DNA from: an uncultured Bordetella sp.
GTDB lineage: Bacteria > Pseudomonadota > Gammaproteobacteria > Burkholderiales > SG8-39
Length of the DNA: 64,000 nt
Direction of reading: 5' to 3'
Assembly (NCBI GenBank): GCA_964564865.1
Contig: CAZMDA010000014.1
Location: forward strand, 113 to 64,112
How positions within the stretch are numbered: the first letter of the stretch is position 1; every line of letters begins with the position of its first letter. The notes beneath the pieces are model-generated. The model had not been told where the DNA came from. It searched no databases and was given only the letters and a program-made list of their open reading frames with translations. A program made the translations under genes and the position numbers. Shown here piece after piece: positions 19,019 through 29,057 of this stretch.

Positions 19019-20014
19019 CTAGTCCGGCTTGATGCCGGCGCGGTTCACCACGGCGGTCCAGCGCTCCACCTCGGCCTTCATGAAGGCGCCGAACTCCTCG
19101 GGCGTGCCCGCCACGACGTCGAAGCCGATCTGCGTCATGCGCTCGCGCACCTCGGGCGAGCGCAGCGCGCGCACCGTGGCGTCGTTCAGCTTCGCCACGA
19201 TGTCGCGCGGCGTCTTCGCCGGCGCCGCCGCGGCCTGCCACGAGGTCACCACCAGGTCCGGGAAGCCGGCCTCGGCCGCGTTCGGCACCGCCGGCAGCTG
19301 CGGGTGGCGCGCCTTCGCCGTCACCGCGAAGGCCTTCATGCGGCCGGCCTTGATGTAGTTGGTGACCGCGCCCAGGTTCTGGAACGACAGGTCCACCTGG
19401 CTGCCCATGAGGTCGGTCTGGCAGGCGGCGCCGCCGCGGTAGGGCACGTGCACCGCGAAGATGCCCGCGCCTTGCTTGAAGACTTCGCCGGTGAGGTGGT
19501 CCGACGAGCCGGTGCCGCTGGAGCAGTACGACAGGCGCCCCGGGTTCTTCTTCGCGTAGTCGACCAGCTCCTTCATGGTCTTCGCCGGCAGGTCGGGCCG
19601 CGTCACCAGCACGTTCGGCGTGGTCACCGCCAGTGTGATCGGCGCGAAGTCGCGCAGCGGGTTGTAGCGCAGGTCCTTGAACAGGGCGGCGTTGATGGAG
19701 AACACCCCGATCGAGCCCACCAGGATGGTGTAGCCGTCGGGCTCGGCCTTGGCGACGAACTCGGCGGCGATGGCGCCGTTGGCGCCGGGCCGGTTCTCCA
19801 CCACCGCCGGCTGGCCGAGGAGCTCCTGGAACTTCGAGCCGATGGCGCGGCCGACGATATCGGAGGAGCCGCCGGCAACGAACGGGATCACGACCCGGAT
19901 CGGCTTCGAGGGAAACGCCTGCGCCTGCGCGCCGGCGGCGGCGGCCAGGCCCGCGGCGAGCAGGGCCGCGGCGGCGAGCGGGGTGCGAAGCGGATTGCGG
20001 ATGGTGGTGGTCAT
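19019..20014 (-). CDS. Tripartite tricarboxylate transporter substrate-binding protein (Bug/TctC)
   Basis: [33 protein letters not shown] motifs. Confidence 0.93.
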   Translation of the reverse strand: MTTTIRNPLRTPLAAAALLAAGLAAAAGAQAQAFPSKPIRVVIPFVAGGSSDIVGRAIGSKFQELLGQPAVVENRPGANGAIAAEFVAKAEPDGYTILVGSIGVFSINAALFKDLRYNPLRDFAPITLAVTTPNVLVTRPDLPAKTMKELVDYAKKNPGRLSYCSSGTGSSDHLTGEVFKQGAGIFAVHVPYRGGAACQTDLMGSQVDLSFQNLGAVTNYIKAGRMKAFAVTAKARHPQLPAVPNAAEAGFPDLVVTSWQAAAAPAKTPRDIVAKLNDATVRALRSPEVRERMTQIGFDVVAGTPEEFGAFMKAEVERWTAVVNRAGIKPD

Positions 20015-20102
20015 GGCGCGGCCCTCTGCCTCCTGGATGGGGAGGGGGCAGTCTAGGAAGGCCCGGGGGCAGCGTCAAATCACGGAGGTATAAACTCGAT
20101 AC

Positions 20103-20876
20103 ATGGCATCCGCCGCCGAGTTTCTCCTCCGCCCGCGCAGCTGGCAGCGGCTCGCCCGCGTCGCCGGCTACGCCACCGTGGCCGCGCTCGCCCCCTCCAG
20201 CTACGGCCCGGCGGCGAGGGAGATCGCGGTGCGCCAGGTCTACCTCACCGCCTGGAAGGTGCTGCCGGGGTACCTTGCCTTCACCGCGCTGCTAAGCGTG
20301 GTGCTGATCCAGATCGCCGACGGCGCGCTGCGCGCCTACGGCCTCGCCCAGTACTCGCTGGAGCTCGTGCTGCGCGTGCTGGTGCTGGAGCTGGTGCCGC
20401 TGCTCACGGTGTTCTTCGTCGCCTTCCGCTCCGGCGCCGCGGTCGCCGCCGAGATCGCGGTGATGCGGGTCACCGGGGAACTGGACGACACCGCCGAAGC
20501 GGGCTCCGACGAACTGCGCGGCGAGCTGGTGCCGCGCGTCGCCGCCGGCGCGCTGTCGGTGTTCGCGCTGACGACGCTGGGCGGCATGCTCGCGCTCGCC
20601 ATCACCTACTGGTCCTACTTCCATACCTCGCGCGCCGGCTTCTTCGTGTTCACGCGCGTGGTGGGCACGGTGTTCGACGACCTGGTGCTGGCGGGCCTTG
20701 CGCTCAAGTTCGTCCTCTTCGGCGCCGCGGTGGCGCTGATCCCGATCGCCTCGGGCCTGGAAGCCGAGCGCGACCGCATGAAATCGGTCCCGGCGGTGGT
20801 GCTGGCCGGGCTGATGAAGCTGGTCCTCGCCATCGCGCTCATCGAAGTGGTGGTTTTGATGGTGAAATACGTCTGA
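20103..20876 (+). CDS. MlaE-family ABC permease
   Basis: [33 protein letters not shown]. Confidence 0.82.
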   Translation: MASAAEFLLRPRSWQRLARVAGYATVAALAPSSYGPAAREIAVRQVYLTAWKVLPGYLAFTALLSVVLIQIADGALRAYGLAQYSLELVLRVLVLELVPLLTVFFVAFRSGAAVAAEIAVMRVTGELDDTAEAGSDELRGELVPRVAAGALSVFALTTLGGMLALAITYWSYFHTSRAGFFVFTRVVGTVFDDLVLAGLALKFVLFGAAVALIPIASGLEAERDRMKSVPAVVLAGLMKLVLAIALIEVVVLMVKYV

Positions 20877-20878
20877 GC

Positions 20879-21883
20879 ATGGACCCGAAACCGGCGGACA
20901 CCGGCGGCCTCGCGCCGCGCAGCATGGGAGTGAAGGTGGGCATCCTGCTCGCCGTCACCGTCATGGTCGCGATCGCCTTCGTCGGCTACGTGCTGTATGC
21001 GCGCGGCGCGTTCGAGAATTTCCAGCGCCTCACGCTGGTGGCCGACAACGTCGAGGGCGTGACCGTCGGCATGGACCTCACCTACGCCGGTTTCCCGATC
21101 GGCCGCGTGCGGCGGCTGTCGCTGGGGAACGACGGCAAGGCCCGCATCCATATCCGCGTCCCGGAGAGCGAGACGCGCTGGCTGCGCAGCTCCACCGTGT
21201 TCGTCATGGACGTGCCGCTGGTGGGCGGGGCGAAGCTGCGCGCCTTCAGCGGCAACCTGCAGGACCCGCCGCTGCCGGACCGCGCTGAGCGCATGGTGCT
21301 GCGCGGCGACGCCAACGCCGAGGTCCCGCTCATGATCGCGACCGTGCGCCAGGCGCTGGAGAACGTGGAGAGCATGACCGCGCGCGATTCCAGCCTGCAG
21401 CAGAGCATCGACAACGCGAAAGCGGTGACCTCGCGCATGGCGGGCAGGTACGGCGTGCTGGGCGGGGTGCTGGGCAGCGAGGACAACGCGCGCAAGGTGA
21501 TCGCCTCCATCGACCGCGCCAACGCGCTGCTGGCGAACCTGGGCGGGGTGTCCCTGAAGCTGGACGCGGTGCTGGCGAAGACCGACCAGCGCCTCTACGG
21601 CGCAGGCGGCATCGCCGACGAGGCGCAGAAGGCGGCGGCGCAGGCCGGCGCGATGCTCGCCGAGGTGCGCGAACGCCTGAAGGCGGTGGACGCGATCCTG
21701 GCCGACGCCCAGTCGGTGAGCGCGAGCGCGAAGACCGCCGCGGCGAACGTCGCCGGCGCCACCGCGGACCTGGGGGCGCTGCGCGCCGAGGTGGAGGCCA
21801 GCCTGCGCAAGGTCAACTCGCTCATCGAGGAGATCAACCGCAAGTGGCCCTTCGAGCGCGACACCCGGATCAGGCTGCCGTGA
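20879..21883 (+). CDS. MCE/MlaD-family protein with coiled-coil tail
   Basis: N-terminal TM; EGVTVGMDLTYAGFPIGRV. Confidence 0.82.
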   Translation: MDPKPADTGGLAPRSMGVKVGILLAVTVMVAIAFVGYVLYARGAFENFQRLTLVADNVEGVTVGMDLTYAGFPIGRVRRLSLGNDGKARIHIRVPESETRWLRSSTVFVMDVPLVGGAKLRAFSGNLQDPPLPDRAERMVLRGDANAEVPLMIATVRQALENVESMTARDSSLQQSIDNAKAVTSRMAGRYGVLGGVLGSEDNARKVIASIDRANALLANLGGVSLKLDAVLAKTDQRLYGAGGIADEAQKAAAQAGAMLAEVRERLKAVDAILADAQSVSASAKTAAANVAGATADLGALRAEVEASLRKVNSLIEEINRKWPFERDTRIRLP

Positions 21884-22464
21884 GAAATCAGGGACGGACC
21901 ACGATTTTCCTCGCCGCGCTGCTCGCCGGCTGCGCCGGCGGCCCGGTGCCGCCCGACTGGCAGCTGGAGGCGCGCGCCGCGCTGCAGGGCTTCGAGAAGC
22001 ACTACCTGGAGGGGAACACCCGGGTCGCGGAGGTCGAGTTCGCGCGCGCGCGCGACGCGGTGCGCGCCACCGGCCGCGCCGATCTTCTCGCTCGCGTGGA
22101 ACTGGCGCGCTGCGCGACGCGCATCGCGGGCCTGGAGGCCGACGGCTGCCCGGGGTTCGAGGCGCTGCGCCGCGACGCCGGCCCCGAAGAGCTGGCGTAC
22201 GCGGACTACCTCGCGGGCAGGGGCAAGCATACGGTTGCGGAAGACGCGCTCTCCCGGCTCGTCGCCGCAGGGGTGGCGTTCCGGTCCGGCGCCGTCACGC
22301 CGGCGCAGATCGCCGCCGCGATCGACACCGCGTCAGCCCAGGGCTGGCGCCGGCCGCTGCTGGCGTGGCTGGAGGTGGAGGCGAGGCGCGCCGAGGCTGC
22401 GGGCGATCGCGAGGCGGCCGAGCGCCTGCGGCGCCGGATCGCGCTCGTGCTGGGAAAGAGCTAA
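21880..22464 (+). CDS. Hypothetical helical lipoprotein of the MCE module
   Basis: GTGA overlap with the MCE gene; lipobox LAGC. Confidence 0.7.
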   Translation: MRNQGRTTIFLAALLAGCAGGPVPPDWQLEARAALQGFEKHYLEGNTRVAEVEFARARDAVRATGRADLLARVELARCATRIAGLEADGCPGFEALRRDAGPEELAYADYLAGRGKHTVAEDALSRLVAAGVAFRSGAVTPAQIAAAIDTASAQGWRRPLLAWLEVEARRAEAAGDREAAERLRRRIALVLGKS

Positions 22465-23111
22465 GCCGCCGCCTTCCACTTCAGCGGCACGCCGTTCAGC
22501 TTCTGCAGTTCCTCGAAGCCCAGGCCCTCGGCGCAGATCTCCACCAGGTGCAGCCCGTCGGGCTTGACGTCGATCACCGCGAGGTCGGTGTAGATGCGGG
22601 TGACGCAGCGCACGCCGGTGAGCGGATAGCTGCAGCGCTCGACGATCTTCGATTCGCCCTTCTTGGTGAGATGTTCCATCGTGACGAACACCTGCTTCGC
22701 GCCCGCGGCGAGGTCCATCGCCCCGCCCACCGCCGGGATCGCGTCCGCTTCGCCCGTATGCCAGTTGGCGATGTCGCCGTTGGCCGCGACCTGGAACGCC
22801 CCCAGCACGCAGATGTCGATGTGGCCGCCGCGGATCATGCCGAACGAGTCGGCGTGGTGGAAGTACGAGCCGCCCTGCAGGATGGTGGCCGGGGCCTTGC
22901 CGGCGTCGATCAGGTCCGGGTCCTCGCTGCCCGGCGCGGGCTTCGGCCCCAGGCCGAGGATGCCGTTCTCGCTGTGCAGGATGACCTCGCGGTCCCTCGG
23001 GATGTGGTTGGCCACCAGGGTCGGCAGGCCGATGCCCAGGTTCACGTAGGCGCCCTCGGGGATGTCGCGCGCCACGCGCGCGGCGATCTGGTTGCGGTCG
23101 AGTTTCTTCAT
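22461..23111 (-). CDS. pcaJ: 3-oxoacid CoA-transferase subunit B
   Basis: YVNLGIGLPT, HSENG, GGAMDL. Confidence 0.85.
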   Translation of the reverse strand: MKKLDRNQIAARVARDIPEGAYVNLGIGLPTLVANHIPRDREVILHSENGILGLGPKPAPGSEDPDLIDAGKAPATILQGGSYFHHADSFGMIRGGHIDICVLGAFQVAANGDIANWHTGEADAIPAVGGAMDLAAGAKQVFVTMEHLTKKGESKIVERCSYPLTGVRCVTRIYTDLAVIDVKPDGLHLVEICAEGLGFEELQKLNGVPLKWKAAA

Positions 23112-23788
23112 GCGGCCTTCCTCAGCGCGTCCACCTGCACCACCCGCTGCACGAAGATGCCGGGGGTCACCACGTGCTCCGGGTCGATCGCGCCCAGCGG
23201 CACCGTCTCGCGCACCTGCACCACGGTGCATTTCGCCGCCGCCGCCATGATCGGGCCGAAGTTGCGCGCCGTCTTGCGGTAGGCGAGGTTGCCCCAGCGG
23301 TCGGCACGGTCGGCCTTGATGAGCGCGTAGTCGCCGTGGATCGGGTACTCGAGCACGTAGTCGCGGCCGTTGATGCGGCGCGTTTCCTTGCCCTCGGCGA
23401 GGCGGGTGCCGAAGGCGGTCGGGGTGTAGAACGCGCCCACGCCTGCGCCGGCGGCGCGGATGCGCTCGGCGAGGGTGCCCTGCGGCACCAGCTCGAGCTC
23501 GATCTCGCCCGCGCGCCAGGCCTTGTCGAAGTGCCAGGAATCGGTCTGGCGCGGGAAGGAGCACAGGATCTTGCGCACGCGCTTGGCGGCGATCAGCGCG
23601 GCGAGGCCGGCATCGGCGTTGCCGGCGTTGTTGTTCACCACGGTGAGGTTCTTCGCGCCCTGCGCGATCAGCGCGTCGATCAGCTCGGAGGGCATGCCGG
23701 CGTTGCCGAAGCCGCCGATGAGGATGGTGGCGCCATCGGGCACGTCCGCCAGCGCCGCGGCGGGGGAGGCGAGGATTTTGTCGATCAT
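23108..23788 (-). CDS. pcaI: 3-oxoacid CoA-transferase subunit A
   Basis: IGGFGNAG, PQGTLAERIRAAGAG, KTARNFGP. Confidence 0.85.
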   Translation of the reverse strand: MIDKILASPAAALADVPDGATILIGGFGNAGMPSELIDALIAQGAKNLTVVNNNAGNADAGLAALIAAKRVRKILCSFPRQTDSWHFDKAWRAGEIELELVPQGTLAERIRAAGAGVGAFYTPTAFGTRLAEGKETRRINGRDYVLEYPIHGDYALIKADRADRWGNLAYRKTARNFGPIMAAAAKCTVVQVRETVPLGAIDPEHVVTPGIFVQRVVQVDALRKAA

Positions 23789-23866
23789 GGCCGAATCTTA
23801 GCGGCGGAGGCGCCGGATCGAGGCAGGAACGCCAAATAGCTCACATTCCACTTTCATTGACTTTCC

Positions 23867-23879
23867 TAACCCATTGATT
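23867..23879 (-). promoter_or_regulatory. IHF consensus site AATCAATGGGTTA
   Basis: Exact match to WATCAANNNNTTR in the AT-rich pcaI/mraZ intergenic region. Confidence 0.5.
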
Positions 23880-23963
23880 TTCCGCACTATTGAAGTCCTC
23901 AGTTTCGACCTCCGGAAGTGTTGCTAAGTCGTTGTCAGGCTTAGGAAAAACCCCGTTCTTTTC

Positions 23964-24026
23964 TTGACCGATCCGGGTCATTTCGCATAAAGTGGGAAAA
24001 CGTAGAAAAAAGTGGCGCCGCAGGGG
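23964..24026 (+). promoter_or_regulatory. dcw promoter (TTGACC -35, CATAAA -10) with MraZ-type GTGG repeats at 10-bp period
   Basis: GTGGG 23992, GTAGA 24002, GTGGC 24012, AGGGG 24022. Confidence 0.6.
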
Positions 24027-24068
24027 TTCCTTTCCCTTGCCGCGGCGAAAAGGCGGGAGACACGGCAC

Positions 24069-24521
24069 ATGGGCGGGTCGTTTCACGGCGCGGTTCTGGT
24101 CACGCTGGACGCGAAGGGTCGCTTGTCGATCCCGACGCGCCATCGCGACGCGCTGTTCGCCGGCGGCCGCACGCTGGTGCTCACCGCGCACCCGGACGGA
24201 TGCGCGCTCGTGTACCCGGAGGCCGAGTGGGAACGCGTGCGCGCGCAGGTGGCGAAGTTCCCCAGCTTCAGCGCGCAGGCGAGCTGGTGGAAGCGGCTGC
24301 TGCTCGGCTTCGAGGAGCATGTCGCGCCCGACGCCTCGGGCCGCGTGCTGCTCTCCAGCGGGCTGCGCATGCACGCGAAGCTGGAGCGCGAGGCGATGCT
24401 GGTCGGCCAGAGCCACTACTTCGAGCTCTGGGACGCCGGCGTCTGGAGCGCCAAGCTCGCCGCCGCGAACCTGACCGGCAGCGGCGCGCCGCCGCAGGGC
24501 ATGGAGGATTTCTCGCTGTGA
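24069..24521 (+). CDS. mraZ: Division/cell wall cluster repressor MraZ
   Basis: Two DxxGR motifs (DAKGR, DASGR), FELWD; first gene of dcw. Confidence 0.88.
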   Translation: MGGSFHGAVLVTLDAKGRLSIPTRHRDALFAGGRTLVLTAHPDGCALVYPEAEWERVRAQVAKFPSFSAQASWWKRLLLGFEEHVAPDASGRVLLSSGLRMHAKLEREAMLVGQSHYFELWDAGVWSAKLAAANLTGSGAPPQGMEDFSL

Positions 24522-24548
24522 GTTCCGGCGGCGAGGGAGACGCCACGC

Positions 24549-25574
24549 ATGCCATCCCATCGCCTTCCCCACCGTCCCGTCCTGCTCGAGGAGGCGCTGC
24601 ACGGCTTGAACCTGCAGCCGTCGCGCGCCAGCCCGGGCACCTACGTCGACCTCACCTTCGGCCGCGGCGGCCACAGCCGCGCCATCCTCGCGCGCCTCGC
24701 GCCTGCGGGGCGCCTGGTGGCGCTCGACCGCGACCCGGAAGCGGTCGCGGCCGCGGCGGCGATCACGGACCCGCGCTTCTCCATCCACCACGCGCCCTTC
24801 AGCGACCTGGACCGGGTGCTGGACGCGGCGGGCATCGGGCAGGTGCAGGGCGTGCTCGCGGACCTGGGCGTGTCCTCGCCGCAGCTGGACGACCCGGCGC
24901 GCGGCTTCTCGCTGCGCAGGGATGGCCCGCTTGACATGCGCATGGATCCGACGCGGGGCGTGTCCGCGGCGGAGTGGATTGCCACGGCCTCAGAACAACA
25001 ACTCAGGGAGGCGATAGCCGGCTATGGGGAAGAACGGTTTGCTCAACAGGTTGCAAAGGCGATTGTTGCTGCTCGGGAACGCGAACCGCTCCTCCGCACA
25101 CAGCAACTTGCCGCTGTCGTGGCTGCGGCGGTCCGCCAACGGCAAGCACGGCGCGAGGCCGGCCAGGATCCGGCGACGCGCACCTTTCAGGCTCTACGGA
25201 TTCTCGTCAATCGGGAGCTTGAGGAGGTCGCGCTGATGCTGCCCCGGGCGCTCGCGCGCCTCGCGGCGGGCGGCCGGCTCGCGGTGATCAGCTTCCACTC
25301 GCTGGAGGACCGGCTGGTGAAGCGGGTGCTGCGGGCGGCGGCCGGCGCCGACGCCCTGCCCCGGGATTTGCCGGTCCGTGCCCGCGATCTGCCAGAACCG
25401 GCATTCAGACTCATCGGCCGTGCGCACCAGCCCTCGGCCGCCGAGTCCGCCGCCAACCCCCGCGCGCGCAGCGCGCGCCTGCGCGTCGCCGAGCGCACCG
25501 GCGCGCCCTTCGATGCCGCGCGGCTGGCGCGCAGGATGTCCACCGAACACGGGCCCGACGCGTGGCGAAGCTGA
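24549..25574 (+). CDS. rsmH: 16S rRNA m4C1402 methyltransferase
   Basis: [44 protein letters not shown]. Confidence 0.95.
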   Translation: MPSHRLPHRPVLLEEALHGLNLQPSRASPGTYVDLTFGRGGHSRAILARLAPAGRLVALDRDPEAVAAAAAITDPRFSIHHAPFSDLDRVLDAAGIGQVQGVLADLGVSSPQLDDPARGFSLRRDGPLDMRMDPTRGVSAAEWIATASEQQLREAIAGYGEERFAQQVAKAIVAAREREPLLRTQQLAAVVAAAVRQRQARREAGQDPATRTFQALRILVNRELEEVALMLPRALARLAAGGRLAVISFHSLEDRLVKRVLRAAAGADALPRDLPVRARDLPEPAFRLIGRAHQPSAAESAANPRARSARLRVAERTGAPFDAARLARRMSTEHGPDAWRS

Positions 25575-25852
25575 ACCTCCTCCTCCTCCTGGTTCTCGTC
25601 GTCTGCGCGCTCGGGCTCGTCACCTCGCAGCACCAGTCGAGGAAGTTGTACTCGGAGCTGGAGCGCGAGCAGGAGCGCGCGCGCCAGCTGGAGATCGAGT
25701 ACGGGCGGCTGCAGCTGGAGGCGAGCACCTGGGGCCTGCATTCGCGCGTCGAGCGCATCGCCGGGACGAGCCTGGGCCTGCGCGCGCCGGATCCGCGCCG
25801 GGTGCGGCTGGTGGAGAAGCTGGAGCCGGCGGCGCACGGGGGCCGGCCGTGA
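25562..25852 (+). CDS. ftsL: Cell division protein FtsL
   Basis: TM plus leucine zipper, LQLEASTW; position. Confidence 0.9.
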   Translation: MAKLNLLLLLVLVVCALGLVTSQHQSRKLYSELEREQERARQLEIEYGRLQLEASTWGLHSRVERIAGTSLGLRAPDPRRVRLVEKLEPAAHGGRP

Positions 25853-27576
25853 GCGCCGCCAGCCTGCCGGTCCCGGTCCGCCTGCCGGTGTGGCGCGCGC
25901 GCGTGGTGCTGCTCGCGCTGCTGGCCGCGTTCGGCGTGCTGGCCGCGAGGTCGGTCTGGCTGCAGTCGGTGCAGGCGGGCTTCCTGCGCGAGAAGGGCGA
26001 GGCGCGCTACTCGCGCGTGCTCGAGGTGCCCGCCACGCGCGGCCGGATCCTCGACCGCCACGGCGACGCGCTCGCGGTGTCGACGCCGGTGCAGTCGGTG
26101 TGGGCGATCCCCGAGGACGTGAAGGCCACGCCGGCGCAGCTGAAGTCGCTGGCCTCGCTCCTCGGCATGGAGGCGCGCGAGGTGGAGCGCCGCATCGGCG
26201 ACGCCTCGCGCGACTTCGTCTACCTGAAGCGCCAGCTGCCGCCGGAGACCGCGGAGCGGGTCGCGGCGCTGGGCATCCCGGGCCTGCACCAGCACCGCGA
26301 GTTCCGGCGCTACTACCCCGGCGGCGAGACCATGGCGCACGTCATCGGCTTCACCGGCGTGGACGACGCCGGCCAGGAGGGCATCGAGCTCGCGCAGCAG
26401 GCGCAGCTCGCCGGCGCCCCCGGCAGCCGGCGCGTGATCAAGGACCGGCTCGGGCGCATCGTCGAGGACATCGAGTCCATCCGCGCCGCGCGCGACGGCC
26501 GCGACATCGCGCTCGCGCTGGACGCCAAGATCCAGAACCTCGCCTTCGGCGCGCTCAAGTCGGCGGTCGAGGCCAACCGCGCCCGCGCCGGCGCGATCGT
26601 GGCGATCGACGTGCGCACCGGCGAGGTGGTGGCGCTCGCCAACTTCCCGACCTACAACCCGAACAACCGGGCGAAGCTCTCCGGCGCGCAGCTGCGCAAC
26701 CGCGTGGTCACCGACACCTTCGAGCCGGGATCGACGCTCAAGCCCTTCACCGCCGCGCTCGCGCTGGAGCTGGGCAAGGCCACGCCGCAGACCATCGTGC
26801 AGACCGCGCCGGGCTCGATGACCATCGCCAGCTACACCATCCGCGACGCGCACCCGGCCGGCGCGCTCAGCGTGGCGCAGGTGATCCAGAAGTCCTCCAA
26901 CGTCGGCACCGCGAAGCTCGCGCTGCAGATGCCGCGCGAGGAGATGCACGCGCTGTACCGGCGCCTGGGCTTCGGCCTGCAGCCGCAGCTGGGCTTCCCG
27001 GGCGAGGCCGCCGGGCGCCTGCGCGAGGCGAAGACCTGGCGGCCGGTGGAGCAGGCGACCATGTCCTACGGCTACGGCCTGTCGGTGAGCCTGGTGCAGC
27101 TCGCACGCGCCTACACCGTGTTCGCGCGCGACGGCGAGCTGGCGCCGCTGTCGCTCGTGCGCACCGGCCTGCCGGCCGCGGGCCGGCAGGTGCTGTCCGC
27201 GGAGACCGCGCGCGCCGTGCGCGCGATGCTCGAGGCGGCGGTGCAGCCCGGCGGCACCGCGCCGCGCGCCCGCGTCATGGGCTGGCGCGTCGCCGGCAAG
27301 ACCGGCACCTCGCACAAGCAGGAGAACGGCGGCTACGCGCCGGACAAGTACGTGTCCTCGTTCGTCGGCTTCGCGCCGGTGTCCGAGCCGCGGCTGGTGA
27401 TCGCGGTGATGCTGGACGAGCCCTCCGCGGGCCAGCACTACGGCGGCCAGGTCGCGGCGCCGGTGTTCTCGCAGGTGATGCAGGGCGCGCTGCGGCTGAT
27501 GGGCGTGCCGCACGACGCGCCGCTCGCGCCGGTGGAGCTGCCCGGCGAGGGCGACGAGATCCGGGAGAGCACCTGA
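25849..27576 (+). CDS. ftsI: PBP3 transpeptidase
   Basis: RGRILDR, GSTLK (SxxK), SSN, KTGT. Confidence 0.95.
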   Translation: MSAASLPVPVRLPVWRARVVLLALLAAFGVLAARSVWLQSVQAGFLREKGEARYSRVLEVPATRGRILDRHGDALAVSTPVQSVWAIPEDVKATPAQLKSLASLLGMEAREVERRIGDASRDFVYLKRQLPPETAERVAALGIPGLHQHREFRRYYPGGETMAHVIGFTGVDDAGQEGIELAQQAQLAGAPGSRRVIKDRLGRIVEDIESIRAARDGRDIALALDAKIQNLAFGALKSAVEANRARAGAIVAIDVRTGEVVALANFPTYNPNNRAKLSGAQLRNRVVTDTFEPGSTLKPFTAALALELGKATPQTIVQTAPGSMTIASYTIRDAHPAGALSVAQVIQKSSNVGTAKLALQMPREEMHALYRRLGFGLQPQLGFPGEAAGRLREAKTWRPVEQATMSYGYGLSVSLVQLARAYTVFARDGELAPLSLVRTGLPAAGRQVLSAETARAVRAMLEAAVQPGGTAPRARVMGWRVAGKTGTSHKQENGGYAPDKYVSSFVGFAPVSEPRLVIAVMLDEPSAGQHYGGQVAAPVFSQVMQGALRLMGVPHDAPLAPVELPGEGDEIREST

Positions 27577-29057
27577 TTGACGACCCCTTCGCGCAGCTCG
27601 CGCCGCAGCTCGCCGCCACGGGGGCCGCGATCGTGCGCCTGACCTCCGACAGCCGCCAGGCGGCGCCCGGCGCGGCGTTCTTCGCCTGGCCCGGCGCCGG
27701 CGGCGACGGCCGCCGCCATATCCCGGAGGCGATCGGCCGCGGCTGCGACGCGGTGCTCTGGGAGCGCGAAGGCTTCGACTGGAACAGCCAGTGGCGCGTG
27801 CCCAACGTCGGCGTGAGGGGCCTGAAGGCGCGCGCCGGGCACCTCGCCGACGCCTTCTACGGCCGGCCCTCGGCGTCGCTGTGGACCTGCGGCGTCACCG
27901 GTACCAACGGCAAGACCTCCTGCGCGCAATGGATCGCGGCCGCGCTCTCGGCGCGCGGCGAGAAGACCGGGCTGATCGGCACGCTGGGGGCGGGTTTCGC
28001 CGGCGCGCTGGCGCCGGTGGCGAACACCACGCCCGACGCGCTCGAGGTGCACCGGCTGCTGGCGCAGATGAAGGGCGCCGGCGCCGCGGCCGTGGCGATG
28101 GAGGTGTCCTCGCACGGCCTGGACCAGGGGCGCGTGAACGGGGTCGCGTTCGACTGTGCCCTGTTCACCAACCTGTCGCACGACCACCTCGACTACCACG
28201 GCAGCATGGAGGCCTACGCCGCCGCCAAGGCGCGCCTGTTCGACACGCCCGGGCTGGAAACCGCGGTGCTGAACCTGGACGACGTGCTGGGGGTGCAGCT
28301 CGCCGCCCGGCTCGCGGCGCGCGGCGTGTGCACGATCGGTTACACGCTGGACCGCGCCGCGGTGGCGCCGGGATCGGTGAGCGACTGGATCTGCGCGAGC
28401 CCGGAAGGCGATGCGCGCATCGCCATCGAATCGAGCCGGGGCCGCGCAACGGTCGCCTTCGGCCAGCTTGGGCGCTTCAACCTCGCCAATGCCCTGGGCG
28501 TGCTGGGCTGCCTGCTCGCGCGCGGCCTGCCGTTCCCGGAGGCGGCGCGGCTGCTGGAGAAGCTGCCGCCGGTGCCGGGCCGCATGCAGCGGGTCGGTTC
28601 GGGCGAGGCGGGTCCGCTGGTGGTGGTGGACTACGCCCACACGCCGGATGCGCTGGACAAGGTGCTGCAGGCCCTGAAGCCGGTGGCGGCGGCGCGCGGC
28701 GGCCGCCTCGTGGCGGTGTTCGGCGCCGGCGGCGGGCGCGATGCCGCCAAGCGGCCCGCGATGGGCGCGGCCGCGGCGCGCCACGCCGACCGCGTGGTCC
28801 TGACCTCGGACAACCCCCGCGGCGAGGACCCGCTCGCCATCCTGGCCGCGATCGCGAAGGGCGTCACGGTGCCGCACGAGGCCGAGCCCGACCGCGCGCG
28901 CGCCATCGCCAGCGCGATCGCGCTCGCCGCGCCGGCCGACGTGGTGCTCGTCGCCGGCAAGGGCCACGAGGCGTTCCAGGAGATCGGCGGCCGCCGGCTG
29001 CCGTTCTCGGATGCGGCGGTGGCGCAGGCCGCGCTGGCGTCGAGGGCCGGGACATGA
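27573..29057 (+). CDS. murE: UDP-MurNAc-tripeptide ligase; start probably CTG overlapping the ftsI stop
   Basis: DSR, GVTGTNGKT, MEVSSH, VDYAHTPD, DNPR, GKGHE; no in-frame ATG/GTG before the first conserved strand. Confidence 0.92.
   Translation: MIDDPFAQLAPQLAATGAAIVRLTSDSRQAAPGAAFFAWPGAGGDGRRHIPEAIGRGCDAVLWEREGFDWNSQWRVPNVGVRGLKARAGHLADAFYGRPSASLWTCGVTGTNGKTSCAQWIAAALSARGEKTGLIGTLGAGFAGALAPVANTTPDALEVHRLLAQMKGAGAAAVAMEVSSHGLDQGRVNGVAFDCALFTNLSHDHLDYHGSMEAYAAAKARLFDTPGLETAVLNLDDVLGVQLAARLAARGVCTIGYTLDRAAVAPGSVSDWICASPEGDARIAIESSRGRATVAFGQLGRFNLANALGVLGCLLARGLPFPEAARLLEKLPPVPGRMQRVGSGEAGPLVVVDYAHTPDALDKVLQALKPVAAARGGRLVAVFGAGGGRDAAKRPAMGAAAARHADRVVLTSDNPRGEDPLAILAAIAKGVTVPHEAEPDRARAIASAIALAAPADVVLVAGKGHEAFQEIGGRRLPFSDAAVAQAALASRAGT
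28326..28345. repeat. Chimeric palindrome-family copy GTGTGCACGATCGGTTACAC inside murE
   Basis: Left arm matches type A and right arm matches type B, 12 nt each with a shared core. Confidence 0.4.

Noticed and set aside
23790-24068. rnpB or another structured ncRNA upstream of mraZ
   Set aside because: The region is short, AT-rich and lacks RNase P conserved motifs; explained by promoter elements
27573-27640. murE as a 5'-truncated pseudogene
   Set aside because: The frame is intact, all catalytic motifs are present and the gene is essential; a non-canonical start explains it better
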